Shown here: one piece after another, positions 18,865 to 30,200 of the stretch
How the letters are laid out: the number at the start of each line of letters is the position of its first letter
How positions within the stretch are numbered: position 1 is the first letter of the stretch
Assembly: GCA_031266055.1 (NCBI GenBank)
Contig: JAISBT010000077.1
Location: forward strand, 2,278-66,277
DNA: 64,000 nucleotides
From: Deltaproteobacteria bacterium
GTDB taxonomy: Bacteria; Desulfobacterota; Desulfovibrionia; Desulfovibrionales; Desulfovibrionaceae
Direction of reading: 5' to 3'
Translations under genes and position numbers: made by a program
The notes under the pieces: generated by a model
What the model was told of the DNA's origin: nothing
The model's database searches: none
Seen by the model: only the letters and a program-made list of their open reading frames with translations

Positions 18865-20175
18865 TCAGGCGCCTGTGACTGTATGGATGCGTGGAGCGGT
18901 TTTGAAAAACATGCCGACAATGCCGCAAACTATTGCCGGGATAATCCAGCCCAAGCTCTGCGCCTGGAACGGAAGCAGTTGGATGAAGCTGAACGTGTCC
19001 GGGAAATACCAGCCCATGACTTCGCAAAAACTGACCGTGAGCGCTCCTGCGGTGGCGAACCTGAAAATATTGTCATTGGCGATCCGGGCGTCAAACAGGG
19101 AAAGCAACACCACGACCAGAGCGCCGGGATAAATGAAGGTCAGAATCGGCGCGGCCAGGGCGATGATGTTGGACAGCCCGAAATTGGCGACCACCGCGCT
19201 GAAGATGCAGACCACAGTGACCACGGTTCGGTAGGGCAATCTGTCCCTGGTCACTGTGCTGAAAAAAGTGCCGGCGGCGCCCACCAGGGCGACGGCGGTG
19301 GTCAGGCAGGCCATGGCGACCACAACGCTCAGGATGACGGAGCCGGTGTTGCCGAAAATATGCCTGGATATGTCCACCACCAGTCCACCCTTGTCTATAT
19401 CTTCCGGATAGAGGGAGGATACCGTCGCGCCAAGGAAGCAGAGGCCGCCGTAAATAACCAGCAGGAGCGCTCCTGCCACTATGCTGGCCATTCCGACGGA
19501 CAGGAACTTGTGTTTCGTGCTGGTGTAACCTTTGGCTTTGAGGGAATTGACGACAATGAGGCCAAACACCAGAGCCGCCAGCACATCCATGGTCTGGTAT
19601 CCTGAACTGATGCCGACCAGAGCGACGTTGTCAATCTTGGGCGCGGTGTCGGTGGAGCCGATGGGGAAGACGGCCCCGACGATGATCATCAGAAAGAGCC
19701 CGGTTACAAGAACAGGAGTAAGATAGCGCCCCACAATATCCACCAGCTTGGATTCATTGATGGAAAAAATCAACGTCGCCGTGAAGAAGGCCACGGTAAA
19801 GAGTATTTGCAGCCACATGGCGTCGGTTCCGGCCAGAGGAACAACCGACATGGAAAAGGTTGTGGCGCAGGTTCTGGGTACGGCCAGAAGGGGGCCCAGG
19901 CATAAAATCGCCGCGCCCATCATAAATTTTGAGGGGATATTGCCCAGACGGAACATGATGCCTTCGGGCCTGTCAATGCAGTCGGCCCGCAGCATGGCGA
20001 AAATCGCCAGCAAAGCCAGGCCGACGTCCGCTATATAATAGCACAGGTAGCCGCTAATCCAGTCAGAACCAGCCGCCAGGCCCACATAAGGCGGAAAAAT
20101 GATGTTGCCCGCGCCAAAAAACATGGAGAACAAAGCAAACCCGACTATTACCGAGTTAATGTGCAGACTTTTCAT
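18865..20175 (-). CDS. brnQ: Branched-chain amino acid transport system II carrier (LIVCS family)
   Basis: GFALFSMFFGAGNIIFPPYVG is the signature N-terminal BrnQ motif. 436 aa, polytopic. Confidence 0.92.
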   Translation of the reverse strand: MKSLHINSVIVGFALFSMFFGAGNIIFPPYVGLAAGSDWISGYLCYYIADVGLALLAIFAMLRADCIDRPEGIMFRLGNIPSKFMMGAAILCLGPLLAVPRTCATTFSMSVVPLAGTDAMWLQILFTVAFFTATLIFSINESKLVDIVGRYLTPVLVTGLFLMIIVGAVFPIGSTDTAPKIDNVALVGISSGYQTMDVLAALVFGLIVVNSLKAKGYTSTKHKFLSVGMASIVAGALLLVIYGGLCFLGATVSSLYPEDIDKGGLVVDISRHIFGNTGSVILSVVVAMACLTTAVALVGAAGTFFSTVTRDRLPYRTVVTVVCIFSAVVANFGLSNIIALAAPILTFIYPGALVVVLLSLFDARIANDNIFRFATAGALTVSFCEVMGWYFPDTFSFIQLLPFQAQSLGWIIPAIVCGIVGMFFKTAPRIHTVTGA

Positions 20176-20561
20176 AAGGGCTCCTTTGTTTCGAACATAG
20201 ATGAAAAAAATAAAACCTGTTAATAAAATCCAGGCTGATTTGTGGTAATTTTCACTCTGCGAGTGAGTTATCCGCGGCGAGTGAATATTATTGGAGGGAA
20301 AATAACGGGTGGGGGCCAGAGCGTTTTAACATTGAAAATGTTGAAATGCTCTGGCGGCGGGCACCGGCATAGGCAAGCTTCATATCATTTGCTCGCGACA
20401 GGGCTGTAAAAATACTTGCGTTTTTCGCGGGAGCAGGTATATTGAGTGTCAGGCGGGCCGGGAAGCGCATGAACGCTCTCGGCCCTGGCAAGTCCCTCGG
20501 ATTTTACAATCTTCAGAACATGCCCCTGACTGGATGACAGTTCCTTCAGGGGCAAACCTTT

Positions 20562-20645
20562 TTAGACGTTAAAGAAACGAATAATAAGGGCCACGAGAAC
20601 GCCGGCCACAACAGCGGCCAGCACGTTCACAAGGAACTTCGCCAT
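20562..20645 (-). CDS. 27-aa hydrophobic small ORF (MAKFLVNVLAAVVAGVLVALIIRFFNV)
   Basis: Found by eye, below the ORF-track cutoff. AAGGAGGA RBS 7 nt upstream of the ATG. A single TM-like helix. A GCCCCTGA...TCAGGGGC hairpin follows directly downstream. Confidence 0.5.
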   Translation of the reverse strand: MAKFLVNVLAAVVAGVLVALIIRFFNV

Positions 20646-20875
20646 TGGCGTATCCTCCTTTCGGGGGACTTGCCTATGGCCTTCTTACCCTGTCCGCCTC
20701 AAACCCGCAAGTTTTTCACCGGCAAGTCCAATTCCGAATGAAAATGCGCTCATTTTCCGGGCGGATCACCCTTTCGCTACATTGCCGTTGAGCGTCTCAA
20801 GTTCCGCTGGATAAAAAATTATCTTTACTGTATGGTTCCACCTTGAAAATTAATTCAACCTAACGGGAGATCAGT

Positions 20876-21718
20876 ATGAAAAGCATTCTTGTCATCGGCG
20901 CAGGCACAATGGGTTCAGGCATTGCCCAGGTCGTGGCCCAAGGAGGGTTCAAGGTCTTTTTGCGGGACGTCAAGCAGGAATTTGTTTCCAGAGGCGTTGA
21001 TTCCATCGGCAAAAATCTTGCCCGCATGGTGGAAAAAAATAAACTTCAGGCTGCGGAAAAAGAGGCCATAACCGGGCGCATCACCGGCATCGTCGATCTG
21101 AGCGCCGCCAAGGACGTGGACTTTGTGATTGAAGCCGCCTTTGAAGACATGGCCGTCAAAAAAAGCATTTACCAGGAACTTGATTCCACCCTGAAGGCGG
21201 ATGCCGTTCTCGCCACCAATACCTCCAGTCTGAGCATCACCGAAGTGGCCGCCATAACCAAACGCCCGGATAAAATTATCGGTATGCATTTCTTCAACCC
21301 GGCCCCGGTCATGGCCCTGGTTGAAGTCATCCGCGGCGTCGCCACCTCGGAAGAAACCTACAAGGCTACAATGGAACTGGCCCGCGCTCTGGGCAAAACC
21401 CCGGTCACGGTGACCGAAGCCCCGGGTTTTGTGGTCAACCGCATTCTGGTGCCGCTGGTCAACGAAGGCGCGGTAGTGCTTTCCGAAGGCACAGCCACAG
21501 CCGAAGACATTGACATCGCCATGAAACTGGGCGCGAATCATCCCATGGGGCCGCTGGCTCTGGGCGACCTCATCGGCCTGGATGTCTGCAAGGCCATTAT
21601 GGATGTATTATACAAGGAAACCGGCGACCCCAAATACCGCGTAGCCCCGATCATCAACAAAATGGTACGCGCGGGCAAACTCGGCCGCAAGACTAAAGAA
21701 GGATTTTTCAAATATTAG
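20876..21718 (+). CDS. hbd: 3-hydroxybutyryl-CoA dehydrogenase
   Basis: [14 protein letters not shown] Rossmann motif, NTSSLSIT, and the [15 protein letters not shown] signature of 3-hydroxyacyl-CoA dehydrogenases. Confidence 0.92.
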   Translation: MKSILVIGAGTMGSGIAQVVAQGGFKVFLRDVKQEFVSRGVDSIGKNLARMVEKNKLQAAEKEAITGRITGIVDLSAAKDVDFVIEAAFEDMAVKKSIYQELDSTLKADAVLATNTSSLSITEVAAITKRPDKIIGMHFFNPAPVMALVEVIRGVATSEETYKATMELARALGKTPVTVTEAPGFVVNRILVPLVNEGAVVLSEGTATAEDIDIAMKLGANHPMGPLALGDLIGLDVCKAIMDVLYKETGDPKYRVAPIINKMVRAGKLGRKTKEGFFKY

Positions 21719-21752
21719 AGCATGTTAACGTTGAAAATGTTAAAATGCTCTA
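21716..21752. repeat. Isolated palindromic unit of family B (TAGAGCATGTTAACGTTGAAAATGTTAAAATGCTCTA)
   Basis: Near-perfect 37-bp palindrome whose first TAG is the hbd stop codon. The same unit recurs at about 1620-1652, 13975-14008, 15875-15903 and 20318-20352. Confidence 0.9.
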
Positions 21753-21764
21753 GCGAAAATACCC

Positions 21765-21800
21765 GGAGTCACGTCATTTTTTGCACCATGACGTGACTCC
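21765..21800 (-). terminator. 13-bp perfect-stem hairpin, likely terminator of the aminotransferase gene (possibly bidirectional)
   Basis: GGAGTCACGTCAT (21765-21777) pairs with ATGACGTGACTCC (21788-21800). It is followed on the minus strand by GGGTATTTT. Confidence 0.55.
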
Positions 21801-21807
21801 GGACGGG

Positions 21808-22920
21808 TTATTTCATGCAAGCGGCCAGTGCGGCGAGCAGCCTGTCCACGTTGGCGGGACGCGCCGTATGCCCCATAAGGCCGATACGCCATATTTTTCC
21901 AGCCAGAGGGCCAAGGCCGGAGCCTATTTCAATGCCGTATTCTTTAAGCAGGCGCGAGCGCACCCCGGCATCGTCAACAGATTCGGGAATGGTCACGGCG
22001 TTGAGCATGGGCAGGCGGCATTCTTCTCGTACATACATGCTGAGCCCCAGTTCGCCCAGTCCCTGCGCCAGCTTCCGGTGCATCGCCCGGTGCCGGGCGA
22101 ATGCGGCCTCCAGACCCTCCGCCATAATGCAGCGCAGGGACGCGTACAGCGCGTAAACCATATTGATGGGAGCGGTATGGTGATAGGCGCGGCTGTTTCC
22201 TTCCCAGTAATTCATGATCATGCTGAGATCCAGATACCAGTTGGGCACCTTGCTCTTGCGGTTTTTCAGCTTTTCCAGGGCCTGCCCGGAAGCGGAAACC
22301 GGCGCAAGGCCGGGAGGGCAGGAGAGGCATTTCTGCGTCCCGCTGTACAAAAGATCCGCGCCCCAGGCGTCCATGGTCACAGGGATTCCGCCCAGGCTGG
22401 TCACGCAGTCCACAAGATACAGCGCCCCTGTGGGTTTGACCAGATCGCCGATGGCCTGCACCGGGTTCTCAACCCCGGTGGAAGTTTCCGCATGCACCAC
22501 CGCCACAATGGAATACGGGCCTTGTTCAAGCTGTTTCTCCACTGCTTCCGGCACCACCGGCGTACCCCATTCAAATTCCAGGGCGTCCACCCGCGCGCCG
22601 AGGCGTCCGGCGACATCCTGCATCCGTTTGCCGAAAACGCCGTTAGTGAGGATCAGCACCCGGTCGCCCGGTTCCGTGAAGTTGACAAACGCCGTTTCCA
22701 TGCCGGCGGAGCCGGTTCCGGACATGGGTATGGTCAGACGGTTTTTTGTACCGATAATGGTTTGTAAATCCGCTTTTACCGCATCCATGATTTTGATGAA
22801 ATACGGATCAAGATGCCCGATGGTCGGTTTGGCCAGCGCGGCGTATGTCTCGTCAAACACGCAGGAAGGGCCGGGGCCCATAAGCAAAGTAGGTTTGAGT
22901 CCATCAAGCAGGTCAGCCAT
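21808..22920 (-). CDS. Class V aminotransferase (serine-pyruvate / alanine-glyoxylate type)
   Basis: SGTGSAGMETAF, VVHAETSTGV, LVDCVTSLGG and the PLP-lysine region SGTQKCLS. Confidence 0.88.
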   Translation of the reverse strand: MADLLDGLKPTLLMGPGPSCVFDETYAALAKPTIGHLDPYFIKIMDAVKADLQTIIGTKNRLTIPMSGTGSAGMETAFVNFTEPGDRVLILTNGVFGKRMQDVAGRLGARVDALEFEWGTPVVPEAVEKQLEQGPYSIVAVVHAETSTGVENPVQAIGDLVKPTGALYLVDCVTSLGGIPVTMDAWGADLLYSGTQKCLSCPPGLAPVSASGQALEKLKNRKSKVPNWYLDLSMIMNYWEGNSRAYHHTAPINMVYALYASLRCIMAEGLEAAFARHRAMHRKLAQGLGELGLSMYVREECRLPMLNAVTIPESVDDAGVRSRLLKEYGIEIGSGLGPLAGKIWRIGLMGHTARPANVDRLLAALAACMK

Positions 22921-23033
22921 GTTGCTCTCCTTGTTACACAGTCCTGAACCTGCGCCGGGGCGGAATTCTCTTCATTCCCCGGCGCAGTTCAATTTTGCGA
23001 CGCTCCCTTGGAGCATTTCGCGGCAAGGCCGCT

Positions 23034-26000
23034 TTACTCCAGTTCATCCTCATAAGTTACCATTGGGCCTTCTTCCTGGTCTTCCAGGTATTTATCCGCT
23101 TTTTCGCGTTGTTCCGGCACCACAATGTCGGAGTTGACGTATTCGCGGTAGCCGGTGCCGGCCGGAATGAGGCGCCCGACAATAACATTTTCTTTCAGAC
23201 CGCGCAGGTAATCGGATTTGCCTTTGAGCGAGGCTTCGGTCAGAACCTTGGTCGTTTCCTGGAAGGCGGCGGCGGATACAAAAGACGAAGTTGTGAGCGA
23301 GGCCTGGGTTATGCCCAGAACCAGCGGTTCGGCTGTGGCCGGCTGCATATCCTGAGCTCTGATTCGAGCGTTTTCGTCTTTAAATTCCTGTTTGTCCACC
23401 TGCTCGCCCACCAGAAAAGTGGTCTGGCCTGGGTCAAGCACGGAAACCTTTCTCAGCATTTGGCGCACAATAACTTCTATGTGCTTGTCATCTATGGCGA
23501 CGCCCTGGAAGCGGTAAACATCCTGAATTTCATCCACCAGATAGCCGGCCAGGAATTTTTCGCCCTTGGTGCGTAAAATATCGTGCAGCTCCGGGCTTCC
23601 TTCGGTAAGCAACTCGCCGGCTTCCACAAAGTCGCCGTCAGTCACGGTAATGTGGCGGCCCTTGGGCACCAGGTATTCTTTTAATTCGCCCACTTCCGGG
23701 GTAACGGTGATTTTGCGTTTACCTTTGGTTTCTCCGGCAAAACTGACGGTTCCGTCAATTTCGGAAACCAGGGCCATGTCTTTGGGCTTGCGTACTTCAA
23801 AGAGTTCGGCGACGCGAGGCAAGCCGCCGACGATATCTTTGGTTTTTGAGGATTCACGCGGCTTTCTGGCAATAATGTCTCCGGCGGCCACTTCCTGCCC
23901 GTCCTTGACCATGAGCAGGGCGCCCACCGGCAAGGTATACACGGCCGGAGTATTCGAAGCGGGGCGAATCATGGCGGCGCCTTTATCATCGCAAATACTT
24001 ACCGACGGGCGGAAGTTGGTGGTGCGGTATTCAATAATGGATTGCGAAGAAATCTGGGTGGTTTCATCCACTTTTTCCTGCACGGTTTTGCCTTCGATAA
24101 TGTCGGTAAATTTGGCCGTGCCCCGGACTTCCGACACAAAGGGTTCGTTAAAGGGATCCCATTCGGCCAGAATCTGGCCTTTCCGCACATCCTGCCCATC
24201 GGCCACAAACAGCTTGGAGCCGTTGGGCAGCATGTATTTTTCGCGTTCCCTTCCCTGATCGTCCACAACGCTGACTTGTCCGCTTTTGCTGAGCACCATC
24301 AGTGAACCGTCCAGAGTTTTCACAAACTTGACGCGTGAAAGGATGACGCGGCCCGCGAACATGGCTTCCACTTTGGAACGTTCTATTTCGCGCGAGGCCG
24401 TGCCGCCGATGTGGAAGGTGCGCATGGTAAGCTGGGTGCCCGGTTCGCCGATGGACTGGGCGGCAATGATGCCGACGGTTTCGCCGATATTGACCAGGTG
24501 CCCGCGGGCAAGGTCGCGGCCGTAGCACAAGGCGCAGATGCCGCGTTCAGCCTGGCAGGTCAGTGGAGAGCGTATGGTAACGCTGTTTACCCCGGCTTTG
24601 TCCAGCGTTTCAGCCACGTTTTCGGTGACCAGGGTGTTTGCGGCATAGAGCATTTCGCGGGTTTCCGGATGGTATACCGGGTAGAGCAGTACGCGGCCCA
24701 CAATGCGTTCGGCGAGGCGCAGCTTGATTTCTCCGGCCTTGACCAGGTGGGTCATTTCGATGCCGTCCACAGTGCCGCAGTCATGCTGGCCGATGATTAC
24801 GTCCTGCACCACATCCACCAGACGCCGGGTAAGGTAGCCCGAGTTGGCCGTCTTGAGAGCGGTATCGGCCAGGCCTTTGCGCGCGCCGTGGGTAGAGTTG
24901 AAATATTGGCTGACGTCCAGACCTTCACGGAAGGAAGAGGTAATGGGCGTTTCAATAATTTCGCCCGAAGGCTTGGCCATGAGGCCGCGTAGACCGGCCA
25001 ACTGGCGCATTTGATCCTGGTTGCCCCGGGCGCCGGAGGTGGACATCATATAAATGGGGTTGAACGACTGGTTTATTTTGACCTCGCCGGTACGGGGGTT
25101 CTTTACTTCCTCATAGGCTATGCGCTTGATCATGGCCGTGGAAACATCCTGCGTGGCCTTGGTCCACACATCCACCACCTTGTTGTATTTTTCCGTGCGG
25201 GTGATGATGCCGTCGCGATACTGGCGCTCGATATCGTCCACTTCGTTCTGGGATTTATCAAGTATATCCTTTTTCTGCGGAGGAATTTCCAGGTCTTTGA
25301 CGCCAATGGTCACGCCGGCTCTGGTGGCGTATTCGTACCCGATGTCCTTGAGATGATCGCAGAGGATGACGGTGGATTTGCTGCCGGCTTCGCGGTATAC
25401 GGAACTTACCAGCTTGGCGATATTCTTTTTGTTCAGTACGCAGTTGACCAGTTCAAAATTTACCTTGGGCGGGAGTATTTCACCCACCAGCACCCGTCCG
25501 GGAGTGGTGTCGATGATTTTGCCCTGATGGCGCATTTTTATTTTGGCGTGCAGCGAGACCTGTTTGTTGTCAAAAGCCGTGATAACTTCCCAGGGCGCGC
25601 AGAAAATCCGCCCTTCGCCCTGTTCAAAGTCGCGGTCCACGGTCATATAATACAGGCCCAGCACTATATCCTGGCTCGGCACAATAACCGGGGAACCGTT
25701 GGCCGGCGAAAGGATATTGTTCGTACTCATCATAAGTACGCGGCATTCAACTTGCGCCTCCACGGAAAGCGGCAGATGCACGGCCATCTGGTCGCCGTCA
25801 AAGTCGGCGTTATAGGCGGTACAGACCAGAGGGTGCAACTGGATGGCCTTGCCTTCCACCAGGAGAGGCTCAAAGGATTGTATGCCGAGGCGGTGCAGGG
25901 TAGGGGCGCGGTTGAGCATAATGGGGTATTCGCGCACCACGTCTTCCAGAATGTCCCACACCACCAGGTCTTCGCGCTCAACCATTTTTTTGGCGCTTTT

Positions 26001-27215
26001 GATGGTGGAGGCCAGGCCGCGTTCCTCCAGCTTGGAGTAGATGAAAGGCTTGAAAAGTTCCAGAGCCATCTTTTTCGGCAGGCCGCACTGGTGCAATTTG
26101 AGTTTGGGGCCGACCACAATAACGGAACGGCCTGAATAGTCCACGCGTTTACCCAGAAGGTTCTGGCGGAAACGCCCCTGTTTGCCCTTGATCATGTCGG
26201 ACAGGGATTTCAGCGTGCGTCCGTTGGTTCCGGTAATGGCCCTGCCCCTGCGGCCATTGTCAAACAGGGCGTCCACAGCTTCCTGCAGCATGCGCTTCTC
26301 GTTGCGGATAATAATGTCCGGCGCGCCAAGTTCCATAAGCCGTTTCAGGCGGTTGTTCCTGTTGATGACGCGGCGGTAGAGATCGTTCAGGTCGGAAGTG
26401 GCAAAACGCCCGCCGTCCAGAGGAACCAGAGGGCGCAGTTCCGGCGGGATAATCGGGATTACTTCCAGGATCATCCATTCCGGCCTGTTGCCGGACTCCA
26501 CAAAGGCTTCCACAATTTTCAGGCGCTTGGTGAGTTTTTTCTTTTTGGTCTGCGAACGGGTGGTTTGCGATTCTTCACGCAGTTCCACGCGCAATTTTTC
26601 CAAATTCAGCTCTTCCAGCAGCTTGCGTACAGCCTCGGCCCCCATGCCGACCTTGACCGCGTCTTCGCCGTAGTGATCAATAATCTGTAAATATTGATCT
26701 TCCGAAATGACCTGCTGTCTGGACAAATTGGTTTTGCCCGGATCCGTAACCATAAAAGAGTCGAAATACAGCACTTTTTCCAGATCCGCCATGGTCATAT
26801 CCAGCAAGGTGCCGATTTTGGAGGGCAAAGTCTTGAGGAACCAGATGTGCGCCACCGGCGCCGCCAGTTCAATATGCCCCATGCGCTCCCGCCGGACTTT
26901 GGAGGCAATGACCTCAACCCCGCATTTTTCGCAGACAATGCCGCGGTGCTTCATGCGTTTATATTTTCCGCAGTTGCACTCGTAATCTTTCACCGGGCCG
27001 AAAATTTTGGCGCAGAACAGGCCGTCCCGTTCCGGTTTGAAGGTGCGGTAGTTGATGGTTTCGGGCTTTTTGACCTCTCCGAAAGACCATTCACGAATGG
27101 CTTCAGGGGAGGCTATGCTGACCTGAATAGCTTTCAGGTTTTTAATATTGGCCACTGCGGTTGCGGAACCCCTGGCTGTAAAAAGATCGTCCAAGGTCAT
27201 ATGAATACCTGCCAC
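23034..27215 (-). CDS. rpoC: DNA-directed RNA polymerase subunit beta-prime
   Basis: 1393 aa. [12 protein letters not shown] catalytic motif and zinc-binding [23 protein letters not shown]. Confidence 0.99.
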   Translation of the reverse strand: MAGIHMTLDDLFTARGSATAVANIKNLKAIQVSIASPEAIREWSFGEVKKPETINYRTFKPERDGLFCAKIFGPVKDYECNCGKYKRMKHRGIVCEKCGVEVIASKVRRERMGHIELAAPVAHIWFLKTLPSKIGTLLDMTMADLEKVLYFDSFMVTDPGKTNLSRQQVISEDQYLQIIDHYGEDAVKVGMGAEAVRKLLEELNLEKLRVELREESQTTRSQTKKKKLTKRLKIVEAFVESGNRPEWMILEVIPIIPPELRPLVPLDGGRFATSDLNDLYRRVINRNNRLKRLMELGAPDIIIRNEKRMLQEAVDALFDNGRRGRAITGTNGRTLKSLSDMIKGKQGRFRQNLLGKRVDYSGRSVIVVGPKLKLHQCGLPKKMALELFKPFIYSKLEERGLASTIKSAKKMVEREDLVVWDILEDVVREYPIMLNRAPTLHRLGIQSFEPLLVEGKAIQLHPLVCTAYNADFDGDQMAVHLPLSVEAQVECRVLMMSTNNILSPANGSPVIVPSQDIVLGLYYMTVDRDFEQGEGRIFCAPWEVITAFDNKQVSLHAKIKMRHQGKIIDTTPGRVLVGEILPPKVNFELVNCVLNKKNIAKLVSSVYREAGSKSTVILCDHLKDIGYEYATRAGVTIGVKDLEIPPQKKDILDKSQNEVDDIERQYRDGIITRTEKYNKVVDVWTKATQDVSTAMIKRIAYEEVKNPRTGEVKINQSFNPIYMMSTSGARGNQDQMRQLAGLRGLMAKPSGEIIETPITSSFREGLDVSQYFNSTHGARKGLADTALKTANSGYLTRRLVDVVQDVIIGQHDCGTVDGIEMTHLVKAGEIKLRLAERIVGRVLLYPVYHPETREMLYAANTLVTENVAETLDKAGVNSVTIRSPLTCQAERGICALCYGRDLARGHLVNIGETVGIIAAQSIGEPGTQLTMRTFHIGGTASREIERSKVEAMFAGRVILSRVKFVKTLDGSLMVLSKSGQVSVVDDQGREREKYMLPNGSKLFVADGQDVRKGQILAEWDPFNEPFVSEVRGTAKFTDIIEGKTVQEKVDETTQISSQSIIEYRTTNFRPSVSICDDKGAAMIRPASNTPAVYTLPVGALLMVKDGQEVAAGDIIARKPRESSKTKDIVGGLPRVAELFEVRKPKDMALVSEIDGTVSFAGETKGKRKITVTPEVGELKEYLVPKGRHITVTDGDFVEAGELLTEGSPELHDILRTKGEKFLAGYLVDEIQDVYRFQGVAIDDKHIEVIVRQMLRKVSVLDPGQTTFLVGEQVDKQEFKDENARIRAQDMQPATAEPLVLGITQASLTTSSFVSAAAFQETTKVLTEASLKGKSDYLRGLKENVIVGRLIPAGTGYREYVNSDIVVPEQREKADKYLEDQEEGPMVTYEDELE

Positions 27216-27275
27216 TTAGATTATTTAGTTGAGGCTGAAAGGGCCGAAGAACAATTTTAAACCCGTCGCTTGAAG

Positions 27276-30200
27276 CTATTCCTCATCCAGGGTGGTGCTG
27301 CTGAAACTTCCGGGACGCCGCGTGCGTTTTTTTATTTCTTCCTGATGCAGGGTAACGTTCAAACCCAGAGACATGAGCTCTTTGACCAGGACGTTAAAAG
27401 ATTCGGGCATGCCGGCTTCCAGGAAATTGTCGCCCTTGACGATTTTCTCGTACATTTTTACCCGCCCGGCCACATCATCGGACTTGACGGTAAGGAATTC
27501 CTGCAAGAGATAGGAAGCGCCGTAAGTTTCCAGCGCCCAGACCTCCATTTCACCCAGCCGCTGTCCGCCGAACTGCGCTTTTCCGCCCAGAGGCTGCTGA
27601 GTGACCAGCGAATACGGGCCGGTTGAGCGGGCATGAATTTTTTCGTCAACCAGGTGGTGCAGTTTAAGCATGTACATAATGCCGGTAGTTACACGGTTGG
27701 CAAAGGGTTCGCCCGTACGCCCGTCGTAGAGGACGGTTTTTCCGTCGTTGGGGAGACGGGCTTTTTCCAGCCAGTTCCAGATTTCATTTTCCGTGGCGCC
27801 GTCAAAAACCGGAGTTTTGGTGATAATGCCGGGACGCAGTTCTTTGACCGCTTTTTTGAACTCTTCGTCATTAAGGGAGTCAATAAGCTCCGTGGTACGT
27901 TGATCGTCAAAAATCTGTTTTACTTCGGCGCGCACCTGGTCAAGGGCGGCTCCGCTGTCCAGAAGCGCACCGAGTTGCAGGCCGAGTTCCCCGGCGGCCC
28001 AGCCCAGGTGTGTTTCCATAATTTGCCCGATGTTCATCCGCGAAGGCACGCCAAGGGGGTTAAGCACTATATCCACCGGGCGGCCGTCGGCGAAGAAGGG
28101 CATGTCCTCCACCGGCAGGATACAGGAGACAACCCCCTTGTTCCCGTGGCGGCCGGCCATCTTGTCGCCCACATTCAGTTTGCGTTTTACCGCAACGTAG
28201 ACCTTGACCATTTTTATGACTCCGGGTGGCAGGTCGTCGCCTTCGGTAACTTTTTCCCGCTTGGAGTCGTACATGGCTTTGATGAACCGCAGTTGCCGGT
28301 CGTAGCCGTCAAGAGCCTCGGCCACTTTCTCGTTGGTTTCCTTGCTTTTGAAAATGCCGGCTAGTTTTTTCACCGGGATTTCGTCAAGGGTTTCCAGGGT
28401 CATGGGATGTCCGGCCTCAAGCAGTATTTCACCCTTTTTTTTGCCGGCAACATTGGCATTCACCTGTTTCCCGCTGACAAAACCGAACAGGCTGTTTCTG
28501 GCCGCGCGGCCCAAGGCTTCTATATGGTCGTTTTCCTTGCGATCCAGAGCCGACAGTTCAAATTCTTCTATATTGAGCGTGCGCTCGTCTTTTTCGCCGG
28601 AGCGGCGGTTGAAAACCTTGACGTCAATAATGGTGCCTTCAATTCCCGGCGGAACCTTGAGGGAGGTATTTTTTACGTCTCTTGCCTTGTCGCCGAAGAT
28701 GGCCCGGAGCAGTTTTTCTTCCGGGGTGAGCTGGCTTTCGCCCTTGGGCGTTATTTTGCCCACCATAATGTCGTCCGGCTTGACGGCCGCGCCGATGCGG
28801 ATGATGCCGCTGGCGTCAAGGTCGTGCAGCATCTCTTCACCGACATTCGGAATATCGCGGGTTATTTCTTCCGGGCCAAGTTTGGTGTCGCGGGCAACAA
28901 CCTCGAACTCCTCAATATGTATGGATGTAAAGGTATCATCTTTAACGCAATTTTCAGAAATAAGAATGGAATCTTCATAGTTGTAGCCGCACCAGGGCAT
29001 GAAGGCCACGGTCAGGTTCTTGCCCAGAGCCAGCTCCCCGTTATGGATGCCCGGGCCGTCCGCCAGCACGTCGCCTTTTTTTACTTTTTGGCCGGGATAA
29101 CAACTGGGCTTTTGGCCAAAACAGGTGCTTTGGTTGGACTTATGGAATTTTTGCAGGTTATAGGCGCGGGAGCCGCCGCTTTCCGGATACACCCCGCCGG
29201 CATAATTGATAATAACGCGGTCAGCGTCAGCGTAGCTGACCATGCCGTCATATTCGGCCAGAATACAGGCGCCGGAGTCGCGGGCCACGTCGCCTTCCAT
29301 GCCTGTGCCCACAAGAGGCACATCGCTGCGTAAAAGCGGAACCGCCTGCCGCTGCATGTTTGAACCCATGAGAGCGCGGTTGGCATCGTCATGCTCCAGA
29401 AAAGGAATGAGCGCGGCGGAAATGGAGACCATCTGGCTTGGCGAAACGTCAATAAGAGTGACTTCTTCACGGCGGCTCATCACCACATCGCCATGCACCC
29501 TGGTGGTAACCGCCTCGTCCGCCAGATTTCCTTCAGCGTCGCGGCGGGCGTGGGCCTGCGCGATAACGTGGGCATCTTCGCGGGAGGCGTCCAGAAAGAC
29601 GACTTCATCGGTGACTTTTCCGTCTTTGACGGCGAAAAACGGCGTTTCGATAAAGCCGAAATCATTAACTTTGGCGTAAGTCGTCAAAGAAACAATCAGT
29701 CCGATGTTCGGGCCTTCCGGGGTTTCAATGGGGCAAATCCGTCCGTAGTGCGAAGTATGCACGTCGCGTACCTCAAACCCGGCGCGTTCGCGGGTGAGTC
29801 CGCCGGGGCCGAGAGCGGAAAGACGGCGTTTGTGCGTAACTTCGGAAAGCGAGTTGGTCTGATCCATAAACTGGGAAAGCTGGGAAGTGCCGAAAAATTC
29901 TTTCAGCACCGCGGCCACAGGTTTCGGGTTAATCAGGTCATGCGGCATGAGCGTGGAAACTTCCTGCAGGCTCATGCGCTCTTTGATGGCCCGCTCCATA
30001 CGCACAAGGCCGATGCGATACTGGTTTTCCACCAGTTCGCCCACCGGGCGCACCCGGCGGTTTCCCAGGTGGTCGATATCATCGGCCGGGCCGTGCGTAT
30101 CTTTGAGGTAGGCCAGAATTTTTATAGCTTTAAGGATGTTTTCATCCGTAAGGGTGCGCAGAGCCGGATCATCGTCAAGCTCCAAACGCTGGTTGAGTTT

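Noticed and set aside
20288-20491. 67-aa minus-strand ORF, and similar 60-90-aa ORFs at 124-306, 1388-1627, 4038-4286, 13764-14027, 15741-16001 and 35364-35627.
   Set aside because: They are read through repeat elements, so the same peptide fragments (for example SFAYACGAGGG) recur wherever the repeat occurs. They have no RBS.
21781-22767. 328-aa plus-strand ORF, and the 307-aa ORF at 22214-23137.
   Set aside because: Both are antisense to the class-V aminotransferase, which shows clear PLP-enzyme motifs on the minus strand.
25011-26135. 374-aa plus-strand ORF, plus other long ORFs opposite rpoC (23566-24258, 24411-24992, 26694-27260).
   Set aside because: These are antisense shadow ORFs inside rpoC. 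They are low-complexity and have no recognisable motifs.
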